Source: an uncultured Candidatus Hydrogenedens sp.
GTDB taxonomy: Bacteria > Desulfobacterota_D > UBA1144
Length of the DNA: 64,000 nt
Direction: 5' to 3'
NCBI GenBank assembly: GCA_902609885.1
Contig: CACLTT010000003.1
Location: forward strand, 8,809-72,808
Positions 8,724 to 18,442 of the stretch are shown here, in pieces (positions within the stretch are counted from its first letter, which is position 1; each line of letters begins with the position of its first letter). The notes beneath the pieces were generated by a model, which searched no databases, was not told the origin of the DNA, and saw only the letters and a list, made by a program, of their open reading frames with translations. The translations under genes and the position numbers were made by a program.

Positions 8724-9803
8724 TTATTTGTTAATTAAAACCAAATCTCTATCTATTTCACTTATATCCCGACAACCTGACAAGGTCATACTTTCTATTA
8801 ATTCTTTATTAATTATATCTAATACAAGCTCAACTCCACTTTGACCTGAATGATTCAGGCCCCACAACAAAGGTCTACCTATTTGAACTGCATTTGCACC
8901 AAGAGCAATACATTTTAGTATATCAGTTCCTCTCCTTATTCCTCCATCAACAATTAGTAAAGGCTCATTCCCTATTTGCTTTCTAATCGGCTCAATTTGT
9001 TTTAATGTAGGGACAGCAGTATCAAGTTGTCTTCCACCATGGTTAGATATAATAATTCCATCTGCTCCATGATTTAGAGCGTTTTGCGCATCATCTGGTC
9101 TTAAAATTCCTTTTACTAAGACTGGAAGCCCCGACACTTCTTTAATCCATTCAATGATATCAAAAGTCAATGTAGGATCAAATAAGTGGTCTGAATGTAT
9201 AGACATTGATGAGCCTTCTAAATTTTCAATATTATTAAAATTTTCAAATTTTGTTCCTATAAAATTTCCCAGTTTTAAATTATTAGGCATTTTAAATAAG
9301 CTTCTTTCATCTCTTTCCCTTGTACCTAATCTTGGAGCATCAACAGTAAAAACAATAGCCTTATAATTTTTTTTCTTACATTTTATTAAAATATTTTTTG
9401 TAAAATCTCTATCTTTAGAGAAATAAAGTTGAAAAAATAATTTATCATGAACTGGTGACAAATCATCAATACCAAAATTTGCAATTGTACTATGTGTCAT
9501 AATTGTATTGAATTTATTTGCAGCTTTTGCAGTTCCCAATTCACCATCAGCATGAGCCATTTGCTGCATTGCAACTGGAGCCAACAATATAGGGCTATCA
9601 ATTTCCAAATTTAATATTTTAGTTTTTGTATTAATATTTGAAACATCTTTTAAAAATTTAGGTAATAATTCGTATTCATCGAATATAGATCTATTTCTTT
9701 TCAAAGTAACTTCATCTCTAGCTCCAGAAGAATAATATCCCTCTATAGCATCTGGTAGCTTATTTGGAAACTCTTTCTCTAAATCAAAAAGATTAATAAT
9801 CAT
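8724..9803 (-). CDS. lldD: FMN-dependent alpha-hydroxy-acid dehydrogenase (L-lactate dehydrogenase / glycolate oxidase family)
   Basis: SNHGGRQLD active-site motif; TIM-barrel FMN family; 359 aa. Confidence 0.8.
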   Translation of the reverse strand: MIINLFDLEKEFPNKLPDAIEGYYSSGARDEVTLKRNRSIFDEYELLPKFLKDVSNINTKTKILNLEIDSPILLAPVAMQQMAHADGELGTAKAANKFNTIMTHSTIANFGIDDLSPVHDKLFFQLYFSKDRDFTKNILIKCKKKNYKAIVFTVDAPRLGTRERDERSLFKMPNNLKLGNFIGTKFENFNNIENLEGSSMSIHSDHLFDPTLTFDIIEWIKEVSGLPVLVKGILRPDDAQNALNHGADGIIISNHGGRQLDTAVPTLKQIEPIRKQIGNEPLLIVDGGIRRGTDILKCIALGANAVQIGRPLLWGLNHSGQSGVELVLDIINKELIESMTLSGCRDISEIDRDLVLINK

Positions 9804-9821
9804 CTTATTAAATAATATATT

Positions 9822-10160
9822 TTAATTTTTTAAAAATAAAATTTTCACTAAAAGCATAACTATGGCAGTTGATGAGCATGAGACAATCATGGAGATTACA
9901 AAAGAAAAACCATTTTTTAACATATATGGCAATAAAAGGAATAATGGAACAGTTGCAAGTCCAAAATATAAAATTTCATAGCTAAGATTTGCAATTTTCA
10001 AAGTATCTTTTGATTCATAGTATATAAAACAAAAAGTTATTAGTGATACAAGTGGTAAAGCAATGATAAAAGCTGCTAGCACAGAAGATCTTTTAGATAT
10101 TTCTGTTGCAAGAACTATTATTAATGCAGATATTAAAACTTCTAAAATATATTTATACAT
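9822..10160 (-). CDS. small hydrophobic membrane protein
   Basis: Three to four predicted TM helices. Confidence 0.35.
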   Translation of the reverse strand: MYKYILEVLISALIIVLATEISKRSSVLAAFIIALPLVSLITFCFIYYESKDTLKIANLSYEILYFGLATVPLFLLLPYMLKNGFSFVISMIVSCSSTAIVMLLVKILFLKN

Positions 10161-10276
10161 ATCATAAAATTAAGAATTATATTTTTAGACACTAAAAAGG
10201 TATTAGTTACTATTAATATACTTCTTTAAATTCAACAACACTAGTATATCATCAATATTCACAAGGGAGAGATATA

Positions 10277-11275
10277 ATGAAAATACCCAAAATTATTATT
10301 TTATTTATATTTTTAATAAGTGGAAATATATTCGCTAGCGAAAAGAAAGACTTAGATAACCATAAAAATCATGTTAATAATTCACATCAAAAAAATAATC
10401 ATATTATGTTGTCATATAAATATATGTACATGAAAATGGATGGATATTTAAAAGGATCCTCAGATGCTTCTTATAGTGATGCGAGAACTAAACCTAATGG
10501 ATCAAATTATATGACTGTTCCTTTAGAAATGAGTATGAATATGCACATGCTGAGCGGCATGTATACACTATCAAATGGTATTACCGTCATGTTAATGGGA
10601 TCTTATTTTGATAAAGAAATGGAGATGAAAAAGCATTCAAGTGGGAAAAAGAAAAAAATGAAATCTAATGGTTGGGGTGATACTAAATTTAATTTTTTAA
10701 AAAAAATATATAATAAAAATAAATCTAAAATTAATATTAATTTAGGTATTAGCTTCCCCACTGGATCAATTGAAAAAGAAGATACAATGTTTTCAGGCTC
10801 TAAAGAAACACTTGGATATGGAATGCAATTAGGTTCTGGAACATATGATTTACTTTACGGATTAACGTACAATAAATTCCAAGATAATTATTCTTATGGT
10901 GTGAGCATATCGAGTGTTAAAAGAATTGGTGAAAATTCAAGAGACTATTCACTAGGAGATATTTATAAATCAAATCTTTTTATAGCAAAACCTATTAACA
11001 ATGAAACCTTTATTAATTTAGAATCAGAGTTTAAATTTCAAGAAAAAATTGACGGGTCTCATAAAGATATTTTATCAATTATGAGTTTTGCTCAGGATAA
11101 AGAATCTTCTGGCTATAAAAGAATAGATTTAAGTTTTGGAGTTACTCATAAATTTAAAAATTTTAATAATTTAAAAATGGCATTAAAATTTAAAAAACCT
11201 ATTTACAATGACGTTAATGCAGTTCAACTAGAAACTGAGAATCTTATAATTATTGGTTTACAGTATAGCTATTAA
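10277..11275 (+). CDS. putative outer-membrane beta-barrel protein with a Met-rich loop
   Basis: Signal peptide, C-terminal ...GLQYSY. Contains MSMNMHMLSGMYTLSNGITVMLMG (MxM repeats). Confidence 0.4.
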   Translation: MKIPKIIILFIFLISGNIFASEKKDLDNHKNHVNNSHQKNNHIMLSYKYMYMKMDGYLKGSSDASYSDARTKPNGSNYMTVPLEMSMNMHMLSGMYTLSNGITVMLMGSYFDKEMEMKKHSSGKKKKMKSNGWGDTKFNFLKKIYNKNKSKININLGISFPTGSIEKEDTMFSGSKETLGYGMQLGSGTYDLLYGLTYNKFQDNYSYGVSISSVKRIGENSRDYSLGDIYKSNLFIAKPINNETFINLESEFKFQEKIDGSHKDILSIMSFAQDKESSGYKRIDLSFGVTHKFKNFNNLKMALKFKKPIYNDVNAVQLETENLIIIGLQYSY

Positions 11276-11312
11276 TATAGTATGTTATTTGTAATAACTC
11301 ATATCAAAAAAT

Positions 11313-12167
11313 ATGGGAGATTTAGTAAAAATGAATCTATATAAATTTTTTTTAGTTTTTTTAATTTTTATCCTTTCAATAACAAATAATATATTTGCAA
11401 ATGATAGCCTTAAAGATGATTTAGAGTATTTAAAACCAAAAGAAAAACATAAAATAGGAATTGGTGGCGGATTTATTTATAAACCAACATATGTAGGTTC
11501 AAGTAGCATAAGGACTGTTTGGTTTCCCACTATCACCTACCAATATAACGACCCTGAAAAAGAGTATTTTAACTCTTTTGATCTCTTTGGTCCTTTTGCA
11601 TCACTATCTGTATACGATTCAAATGAATTAAGTTTCAACTTGATAGGAGAGTATGATTTTGGTAGGCAAAGTGGCGATGATAATTCTCTAGAGACTCTTG
11701 AAGATATTGACCCTCATTTTAATATGGGATTTGATTTTGCGTATAAAATTCCTTTTAATTTATCTCTTGACGTTGAATATCAAACTGGAGTTTCTGATCC
11801 AGGAACTGAAAATGCGGTGAGTTTTTCATTAACTCATAATAAACTTATATGGGTTAATTTTTCACAGCCACTCATCAATGAAGCATCAATTTCTATGAAT
11901 TATGGAAATTCTGAATGGATGGAAGAATGGTTCTCAACACCTTCAACTTCAAAATTTTCTAAATATACTGCAAAAAGTGGTTTTTATTCAACATCAATTA
12001 GCAATATGTCAGTCATTCCAGCAGGAGAATCTATGTCTTTTTTTGTTAATATAGAATATGAAAGACTAAGAGGTAATGCTGCTGATAGTCCACTTGTAAA
12101 AGATCAGGGATCTAAACATCAGTACATGTTTATGTTTGCAATTGTTTTTGAAATCGCTAAATTTTAG
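11313..12167 (+). CDS. putative outer-membrane protein (MipA/OmpV-like?)
   Basis: Signal peptide; beta-rich; C-terminal F. Confidence 0.35.
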   Translation: MGDLVKMNLYKFFLVFLIFILSITNNIFANDSLKDDLEYLKPKEKHKIGIGGGFIYKPTYVGSSSIRTVWFPTITYQYNDPEKEYFNSFDLFGPFASLSVYDSNELSFNLIGEYDFGRQSGDDNSLETLEDIDPHFNMGFDFAYKIPFNLSLDVEYQTGVSDPGTENAVSFSLTHNKLIWVNFSQPLINEASISMNYGNSEWMEEWFSTPSTSKFSKYTAKSGFYSTSISNMSVIPAGESMSFFVNIEYERLRGNAADSPLVKDQGSKHQYMFMFAIVFEIAKF

Positions 12168-12187
12168 ATTTAATATTTTAATAAAAA

Positions 12188-12655
12188 ATGATTAATATAA
12201 ATGAAAATGAGATATTAGTTGCTCAAGAAAATTGGGGAAAAGGTATTGTTGAAATTGGTTATCAATATTTAAAGAATTTGGATTATGAATCTAGGGCAAT
12301 TAAACACATTAAAGATTTATATGCATATGAATTTTCAGATGTTTTATTTAAACCTACAAAAGTATCAAAAGTGCAATTTAGATCAACTTTTGATGAGGCG
12401 CTTTCTTATTTTGTAGCAACTAACAAAGTGTGTGAAGAAGATACAGGATTTGCAATTGAACCATGGTTAAACGTAAAATTTGAAAATTCAAATATTCTCT
12501 TATTTGAAAAAACTGCAATAGCGATGGGTAATTATTTTTTCACAAATACCAAATCAGAAATTACAAAAGTTGAATATACTTTCGGATACATTAAAAATGA
12601 GGATAATAGAATTCTCATAAACTTACACCATTCTTCTTTGCCATATGCACCTTAA
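12188..12655 (+). CDS. hypothetical protein
   Basis: ORF only. Confidence 0.35.
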   Translation: MININENEILVAQENWGKGIVEIGYQYLKNLDYESRAIKHIKDLYAYEFSDVLFKPTKVSKVQFRSTFDEALSYFVATNKVCEEDTGFAIEPWLNVKFENSNILLFEKTAIAMGNYFFTNTKSEITKVEYTFGYIKNEDNRILINLHHSSLPYAP

Positions 12656-12762
12656 TTAGACAGTATCTTTTTAGTAAGTATGTTACTTTATTTATACTAC
12701 TATCTTTTATTGATATTACTGCTATTATTGTAAAGATATTTTTTATCAGAGGAGATGAAATT

Positions 12763-14157
12763 ATGGGATTAACAGCAGATAAGACTTTTTATCCTACTGC
12801 AAAAATGGCTATGGAAGCCCCAGCAGAAGAATTAGCATACGTAGCAACATTAAATGTTCACGGAAAACCTGATTCATTATGTACGGTTGATGTAAATCCA
12901 AATTCACCAGATTATCAAAAAACTGTGAGTGAATTAGTCTTACCGAATATAGGTGATGAACTTCATCATTTTGGATGGAACGCGTGTAGTGCACACTTGT
13001 GCCCTTATGCACCCCACCCTGATGTAGAAAGGAGATATTTATTAATTCCTGGATTACGTTCTTCAAGATTATATATAGTTGATACTAAAGATAATCCTAA
13101 AGAGCCAAAAATTATTAAAACAATTGAGCCAGAAGAAATAATGGAAAAAACTGGATACAGCAGGCCACACACAATACATTGTGGACCTGAAGGAATTTAT
13201 GTAAGTGCCCTTGGTGGAGGAAGTGAAAGTGGTGAAGGCCCTGGTGGAATTTTCTTAATTGATCATTTAACACTTGATGTTAAAGGACAGTGGGAAAATG
13301 ATCGTGGACCTCAATATTATGCCTATGATTTTTGGTGGCATTTAGGACATGACAGAGTTGTTACTTCTGAATGGGCAACACCAGACTTATTTGAAAACGG
13401 ATTAAACTTAGAGGCTGCAGTTGGTGGTAAATATGGTCATAAACTTCACGTTTGGGATCTTAAAACACACAATCACCTTCAAGAGCTTGATCTAGGAAAA
13501 GAAAATCAAATGGTTTTAGAATTAAGACCATCAAAAAATCCAAAAAATACCTACGGATTTGTAGGAGTTGTTGTTAATACTCAAGACTTATCAGCATCTA
13601 TTTGGACCTGGTATCTTGATAAAGGAGAATGGAAAATTCAAAAAACTATCACAATACCTGCGCAACCAGCTGCGGCTGAGGAACTTCCTGCTCCACTAAA
13701 ACAATTTGGTGCAGCTCCTCCACTAATAACAGATATTAATTTATCCCTAGATGATAAATTTCTATACGTTTCATGTTGGGGTACAGGTGAGATTATCCAG
13801 TATGATGTATCAGATCCTTTCAATCCTAAACAAACTGGGTTGATTGAAATTGGTGGAGTCGCAAAGAAAAAAGCACATCCATCCGGTGCTGCTGCATCTG
13901 GCGGACCACAAATGGTTGAACTTAGTAGAGACGGGAAAAGATTATATTTTACAAACTCTCTATATAGTAGCTGGGACGATCAATTCTATGATGATATCAA
14001 GGGTTGGTTTGTAAAAGCTGATATCGATCTTAATGGTGGATTTGAAATAGATAAAGATTTCTTTATGGATTTTGGTGACCAAAGAACTCACCAAGTTAGA
14101 TTACAAGGCGGAGATTCTTCATCTGATTCATTTTGTTTCCCTAATGAAGAAAACTAA
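12763..14157 (+). CDS. selenium-binding protein SBP56 family (methanethiol oxidase homolog)
   Basis: Full-length match to SELENBP1/MtoX landmarks: TVDVNPNSPDY, DELHHFGWN, GGPQMVELSRDGKRLY, C-terminal GGDSSSD. No signal peptide. Confidence 0.9.
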   Translation: MGLTADKTFYPTAKMAMEAPAEELAYVATLNVHGKPDSLCTVDVNPNSPDYQKTVSELVLPNIGDELHHFGWNACSAHLCPYAPHPDVERRYLLIPGLRSSRLYIVDTKDNPKEPKIIKTIEPEEIMEKTGYSRPHTIHCGPEGIYVSALGGGSESGEGPGGIFLIDHLTLDVKGQWENDRGPQYYAYDFWWHLGHDRVVTSEWATPDLFENGLNLEAAVGGKYGHKLHVWDLKTHNHLQELDLGKENQMVLELRPSKNPKNTYGFVGVVVNTQDLSASIWTWYLDKGEWKIQKTITIPAQPAAAEELPAPLKQFGAAPPLITDINLSLDDKFLYVSCWGTGEIIQYDVSDPFNPKQTGLIEIGGVAKKKAHPSGAAASGGPQMVELSRDGKRLYFTNSLYSSWDDQFYDDIKGWFVKADIDLNGGFEIDKDFFMDFGDQRTHQVRLQGGDSSSDSFCFPNEEN

Positions 14158-14166
14158 TTTCTTCAA

Positions 14167-14769
14167 ATGGACCACATACACTATAGCTTCTTTATAATTT
14201 TAGGCTTTTATCATGGAGTCAACCCGGGAATGGGTTGGCTCTTTAGTGTTGCTCTGTCAATGCAAAGAGAATCAACAAAAACTATTTTTATAAGTCATAT
14301 ACCTATAGCTATAGGACATCTACTATCTCTTATAGTTACAATTTTAGTATATTACGTTATTCAAGACTTTATAACACCCGAAACAAGTAAATTGTTTTTT
14401 GCATTATTATTAATTGGTTTTGGTATTTACAAATTGATTGACCGAAGTCATTTTAATTGGGTAAAAATGAACGTTAATAATTTTGATCTATTTATATGGT
14501 CATTTTTAATGGCTTCTTCTCATGGTGCAGGACTAATGTTAATACCAGGTTTTAATTATGAAGGAGATCACATGGTTCATCATTTAGAACATTTTGGTTT
14601 TTTTGCATTAGGAATCCATACATTAGCAATGCTTATAACATCAATTATTATAGCTTTTTTAGTTTATAAATTAATTGGTCTTAGAATTTTAAGAACAAGC
14701 TGGATAAACTTTGATTATATTTGGTCTTTTGTATTGATACTTGGTGGATTATTCATCTTTTTTATTTAA
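14167..14769 (+). CDS. polytopic membrane protein (possible HupE/UreJ-like metal transporter)
   Basis: Six TM segments; internally repeated GFYHGVNPGMGW / SHGAGLMLIPGF motifs. Confidence 0.3.
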   Translation: MDHIHYSFFIILGFYHGVNPGMGWLFSVALSMQRESTKTIFISHIPIAIGHLLSLIVTILVYYVIQDFITPETSKLFFALLLIGFGIYKLIDRSHFNWVKMNVNNFDLFIWSFLMASSHGAGLMLIPGFNYEGDHMVHHLEHFGFFALGIHTLAMLITSIIIAFLVYKLIGLRILRTSWINFDYIWSFVLILGGLFIFFI

Positions 14770-15048
14770 ATAATTTATATCAACTATAATTTCATCAGGA
14801 ATAGAATTAATTTTAAAAATTATGCAAGGATATGATTCCACTTCTAAAAACGTTCCCTCTTTTTTTTCTTCTTTTAAATATATATATAGAATATTTTTTT
14901 TAATTTCATAAGAAATAAATTTAAACAGATACGTTGGGTTTGGTCTAATTCCATCAAAAATTATTATCCTATTATCCTCTCTGACTATATTTTTATCACT
15001 ATATTCGACTGAACAATTATTTTCAGAGGAATATTCCTCTAATACCAC
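14749..15048 (-). CDS. hypothetical protein
   Basis: ORF only. Confidence 0.3.
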   Translation of the reverse strand: MVLEEYSSENNCSVEYSDKNIVREDNRIIIFDGIRPNPTYLFKFISYEIKKNILYIYLKEEKKEGTFLEVESYPCIIFKINSIPDEIIVDINYLNKKDE

Positions 15049-15094
15049 ATTTTTATTACAAGAAAGAATAAAAAATATACTAAAAAAAATTATT

Positions 15095-17467
15095 TTATAA
15101 ATAGCTTTTAACCTCTAATATGAAAATCTTATTATTATTATTTTTAATATGCCCCCCATTATAAATAAAAAGAGTTCCGAGTTTATATTCAAAATTTTCT
15201 TTATTTAAACTATAAGAGATCTCATAATTTGTTTCTTTTTTATCAGCTTGTAATTCGTACTGTGATTCTGAATAAAATATATTTCCAAAAGAATCTGAAT
15301 ATTCTGGAATATATAAAGAAAAAGAACCTTTTTCAACTCTAAGAGGTTGATAAACCAAAAAAGAAATCATTTCATCATAATCATTATTTAAAAATTTTTC
15401 TAGTCCAATCGCCCAGGAGGTTGATTTAATATTATTAAAATTTGAGAACATTGATTTATTATCAATTTCAACTTTTGTATCAGCATAAAAATACTTGAGT
15501 AAAATTCTATTACTTTTAGATTTATAAATGTACGATAGACCTAAAAAGTTTGTTTTAGATTTTTCAATATCAAAAGCGCCTGAGGAGACTGTTCCAATAA
15601 AAGATGTTGGTTCATTAAAAAGCCCATATTCAGTCTCAAATATATTTTTATTATTGGTAAATTTAATTTTTGATGAGACTAAATATGACATTTTTTGATT
15701 AAAATTATCTTTATAATATTGGTAGGGTATTTGTTTTTCAAAAAATAAACTATAAGAAAAATTATCAAAAATTTTATGTTTATAGTCTAAGCTGTGAGAT
15801 TCGCCGTTTATAGCAATGAACGGATTTATAAAAGCATTATTTTTATACATATTATTTGCTATTTTTTCAGAAAATAAAAAATAATATTCTTTATCATAAC
15901 TGTAATTATAAGATAATTTAAAGCGTTTATTCTTGTAATTTAATGTTAGGTTATTGAAATAATTATCATATAAATCAGAAACGATATTACTGTTATAGTT
16001 ATTATGATTCTCAACAAAATCAACATAAATTTTTTGCGATATAAAAATTCTTTTTTCAGATATATCATTTAATAAGACTAGATTCTCTAAATTAATATCT
16101 CTATATTCCCTTATATCAATGAAAGAATTTAAATTAACAAAAAAAGCTGCGTTATCAAAAGTATCAAAAACAACAACATTTTCAGAAAAGTTTTCTGCTA
16201 AATTAGCATTTTTCTTTAATAAATTATTTTTTATTATTTTGTGACCAAAAGCGCTGGAAAATATTATTTTAGAATTATTTACATTATGAAAAGTTGAATT
16301 GTTGGAACTATTATTTGTGTTATTTAAGTTATTATTTGGCGAGGAAAGAGCTAAAACCTCAATTGGCTTAGTAGCTGCATCTAAATCAATTTTTCCATGC
16401 CCAAATACTGAAGAAGAATAACTATTTCCATCTCTATCAGTAAGGCCAGATGTTGAAGCAGTTGCAAAAAGTCTATCAATAATTTGTTCAGCACTTAAAG
16501 TAGGAAAAGTTTCAATTAAAATTGCAATAGCTCCAGTTACATGCGGAGCTGCCATAGAGGTTCCGGTTAAAAGAACATAGCCTGAAGTATCATCCATCCT
16601 AGTACTCCATATATCAACTGCAGGAGCAGCTATACACCAATCAGCCGCAATTCCACACCTATTAGCAGAATTATATTCATTGCCACTTGAATCAATTCCT
16701 GTCACCGCTATCCATAATTGCTTTAGGTCGCTATAGTGATAAGGTAGTTGTGCCTGAAGATTTGGGGTAGCATATCCATTGTTGCCGGTTGCCCAAACTT
16801 GAATAATATCATTATTTACCATATTTTGATAACCAGTAATTTCAGTTGAATGAAAAGTATCTAAATAGGATTTGCTAAAAGAGTTATTTGTAGTTGAAGT
16901 ACCCCAACTATGGTTAGCGACCTTTATATTGGCACTAATTGCTCTTGTCGAGGCATCTGAAACAGAACTTTGTCCTGTAAAAACTCCATTATCTCTGAAA
17001 ATTTGATAAGAAACGATTGATGTTACACCATAAGCTATGCCTTGCATACCAGTATTATTTTTATTAGCTACAATTGTTCCAGCTACATGTGTTCCATGTC
17101 CATGCTGGTCTTGTATTGTTGTGTTTGAATCTTGGTAGTTATAACCACTAAAAGATTTACCTGAAAACTCAGAATGATTGGGATTAATCCCTGTATCGAA
17201 GATACCTACTTTAACTCCATCGCCTGACAATTCCCTTGAATATGCTATTGAAGAGCTTAAACTCCCTACTCCATAACTATACTGATATTCATCTGTTTCA
17301 TAGCTACTAGAAGTTTGTCGAGCTGGGTAACATCCAGAATAAGTATTTCCCTGATACGAACAAGTGTTTGAATTATTATTTATAGTGGAGGACCCACTGC
17401 CACCAGAACATCCTGTCAAAACAGAAATAATATACAAAAATGAAACTATTTTTGTTAAGTTTTTCAA
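15095..17467 (-). CDS. subtilisin-like (S8) serine protease lipoprotein with C-terminal beta-barrel/autotransporter-like domain
   Basis: Lipobox LTGC. Catalytic triad contexts DTGINPNH, HGTHVAGTI, GTSMAAPHVTGA. Asn-rich linker, then about 400 aa rich in Y/F/N and beta strands. TTG start. Confidence 0.7.
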   Translation of the reverse strand: MKNLTKIVSFLYIISVLTGCSGGSGSSTINNNSNTCSYQGNTYSGCYPARQTSSSYETDEYQYSYGVGSLSSSIAYSRELSGDGVKVGIFDTGINPNHSEFSGKSFSGYNYQDSNTTIQDQHGHGTHVAGTIVANKNNTGMQGIAYGVTSIVSYQIFRDNGVFTGQSSVSDASTRAISANIKVANHSWGTSTTNNSFSKSYLDTFHSTEITGYQNMVNNDIIQVWATGNNGYATPNLQAQLPYHYSDLKQLWIAVTGIDSSGNEYNSANRCGIAADWCIAAPAVDIWSTRMDDTSGYVLLTGTSMAAPHVTGAIAILIETFPTLSAEQIIDRLFATASTSGLTDRDGNSYSSSVFGHGKIDLDAATKPIEVLALSSPNNNLNNTNNSSNNSTFHNVNNSKIIFSSAFGHKIIKNNLLKKNANLAENFSENVVVFDTFDNAAFFVNLNSFIDIREYRDINLENLVLLNDISEKRIFISQKIYVDFVENHNNYNSNIVSDLYDNYFNNLTLNYKNKRFKLSYNYSYDKEYYFLFSEKIANNMYKNNAFINPFIAINGESHSLDYKHKIFDNFSYSLFFEKQIPYQYYKDNFNQKMSYLVSSKIKFTNNKNIFETEYGLFNEPTSFIGTVSSGAFDIEKSKTNFLGLSYIYKSKSNRILLKYFYADTKVEIDNKSMFSNFNNIKSTSWAIGLEKFLNNDYDEMISFLVYQPLRVEKGSFSLYIPEYSDSFGNIFYSESQYELQADKKETNYEISYSLNKENFEYKLGTLFIYNGGHIKNNNNKIFILEVKSYL

Positions 17468-17486
17468 GATTATTTATAAATATATA

Positions 17487-17835
17487 GGAAAAAAGGCAAA
17501 AAAAAAGATTGAGTTTTAGTGCTAATCTCTTAGCTTTCTTCGTGACCCAATCAATATTGAGTCTAACTCAACCTGATATTAAATTAACTAAGAATTAAAA
17601 TATTACAAATAAAAAAGGAAAAAAGGCAAAAAAAAAGATTGAGTTTTAGTGCTAATCTCTTAGCTTTCTTCGTGACCCAATCAATATTGAGTCTAACTCA
17701 ACCTGATATTAAATTAACTAAGAATTAAAATATTACAAATAAAAAAGGAAAAAAGGCAAAAAAAAAGATTGAGTTCTAGTGCTAATCTCTTAGCTTTCTA
17801 CGTGATCCAAACAATATTGAATCTAACTCAACCTA
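17487..17835. repeat. 130-bp tandem direct repeat, 2 full copies plus 1 diverged partial copy
   Basis: Copies start at 17487, 17617 and 17747. Each carries TTGAGTctaACTCAA (G>A in copy 3). The repeat begins 20 bp upstream of the protease TTG start. Confidence 0.9.
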
Positions 17836-17933
17836 CCCTGATAATATACTTGAGTTTGATATTAAAGTCAACAAGAAATATAAAATAATCGTAAGCAATT
17901 GAAATTATTGACTATTTTATCCCAAATCAATTC

Positions 17934-17962
17934 CTTGAAATACATAAAAAAATTACTATCTT
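17934..17962 (+). promoter_or_regulatory. possible RpoH (sigma32)-type heat-shock promoter for hsp20
   Basis: CTTGAAA -35 element, then CTATCTTAT after about 14-18 nt, just upstream of hsp20. Confidence 0.35.
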
Positions 17963-17983
17963 ATAAATATGGAGGTAAAAATT

Positions 17984-18364
17984 ATGAACATGATTTTAAG
18001 AAATCATTTTTTTGATAGTTTTTTCAATAACTTTGGTGCTTATGAAAGATCAACTTCTCATTATGAAGTAGTTGAAAATGAGGGATGCTTTGATATTCAC
18101 ATTGAGTTGCCTGGGATAAGAAAAGAGCATATTTCGTTGAAAGTTCATGAAAATCACCTCAACGTAAAAGCTGACAATACAGTTGATAGTGATTCTAATG
18201 TAACCCATAGAAGACTAAATAAAAGATATGAAAACACTTTTAAACTTCCCTCAATTGTTGATATAAGTAAAATTTCAAGTAAGCTCGAAAATGGCATTTT
18301 GAGTGTAAATTTACCTAAACTTGAAGAAGAAAAACCAAAAGTAATTGAAATTCAAGTCAAATAA
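17984..18364 (+). CDS. small heat-shock protein (Hsp20 / alpha-crystallin family)
   Basis: Small heat-shock-protein-sized ORF with an ACD-like core (reference Hsp20 sequence not given). GGAGGT sits 7 nt before the ATG at 17984, preferred over the ATG at 17969. Confidence 0.8.
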   Translation: MNMILRNHFFDSFFNNFGAYERSTSHYEVVENEGCFDIHIELPGIRKEHISLKVHENHLNVKADNTVDSDSNVTHRRLNKRYENTFKLPSIVDISKISSKLENGILSVNLPKLEEEKPKVIEIQVK

Positions 18365-18392
18365 TTTATGCCCGGTTAAATCCGGGCATAAA
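18365..18392 (+). terminator. terminator hairpin after hsp20
   Basis: tttatgcccgg-ttaaat-ccgggcataaa, 11-bp stem. Confidence 0.6.
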
Positions 18393-18442
18393 TAGCTTAT
18401 TTATAATATCTAACTTTTCTATTAATATATTTTTTATAATCT

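Noticed and set aside
11288-11302. GTTATTtgtAATAAC palindrome upstream of the MipA-like OMP gene as a third Zur box
   Set aside because: Only a 6-3-6 match of common AT-rich words that lacks the TGTTATA/TATAACA half-sites. It is too weak to call.
17487-17835. CRISPR array
   Set aside because: The unit is 130 bp of direct tandem duplication with no short repeat/spacer alternation. No cas genes are present.
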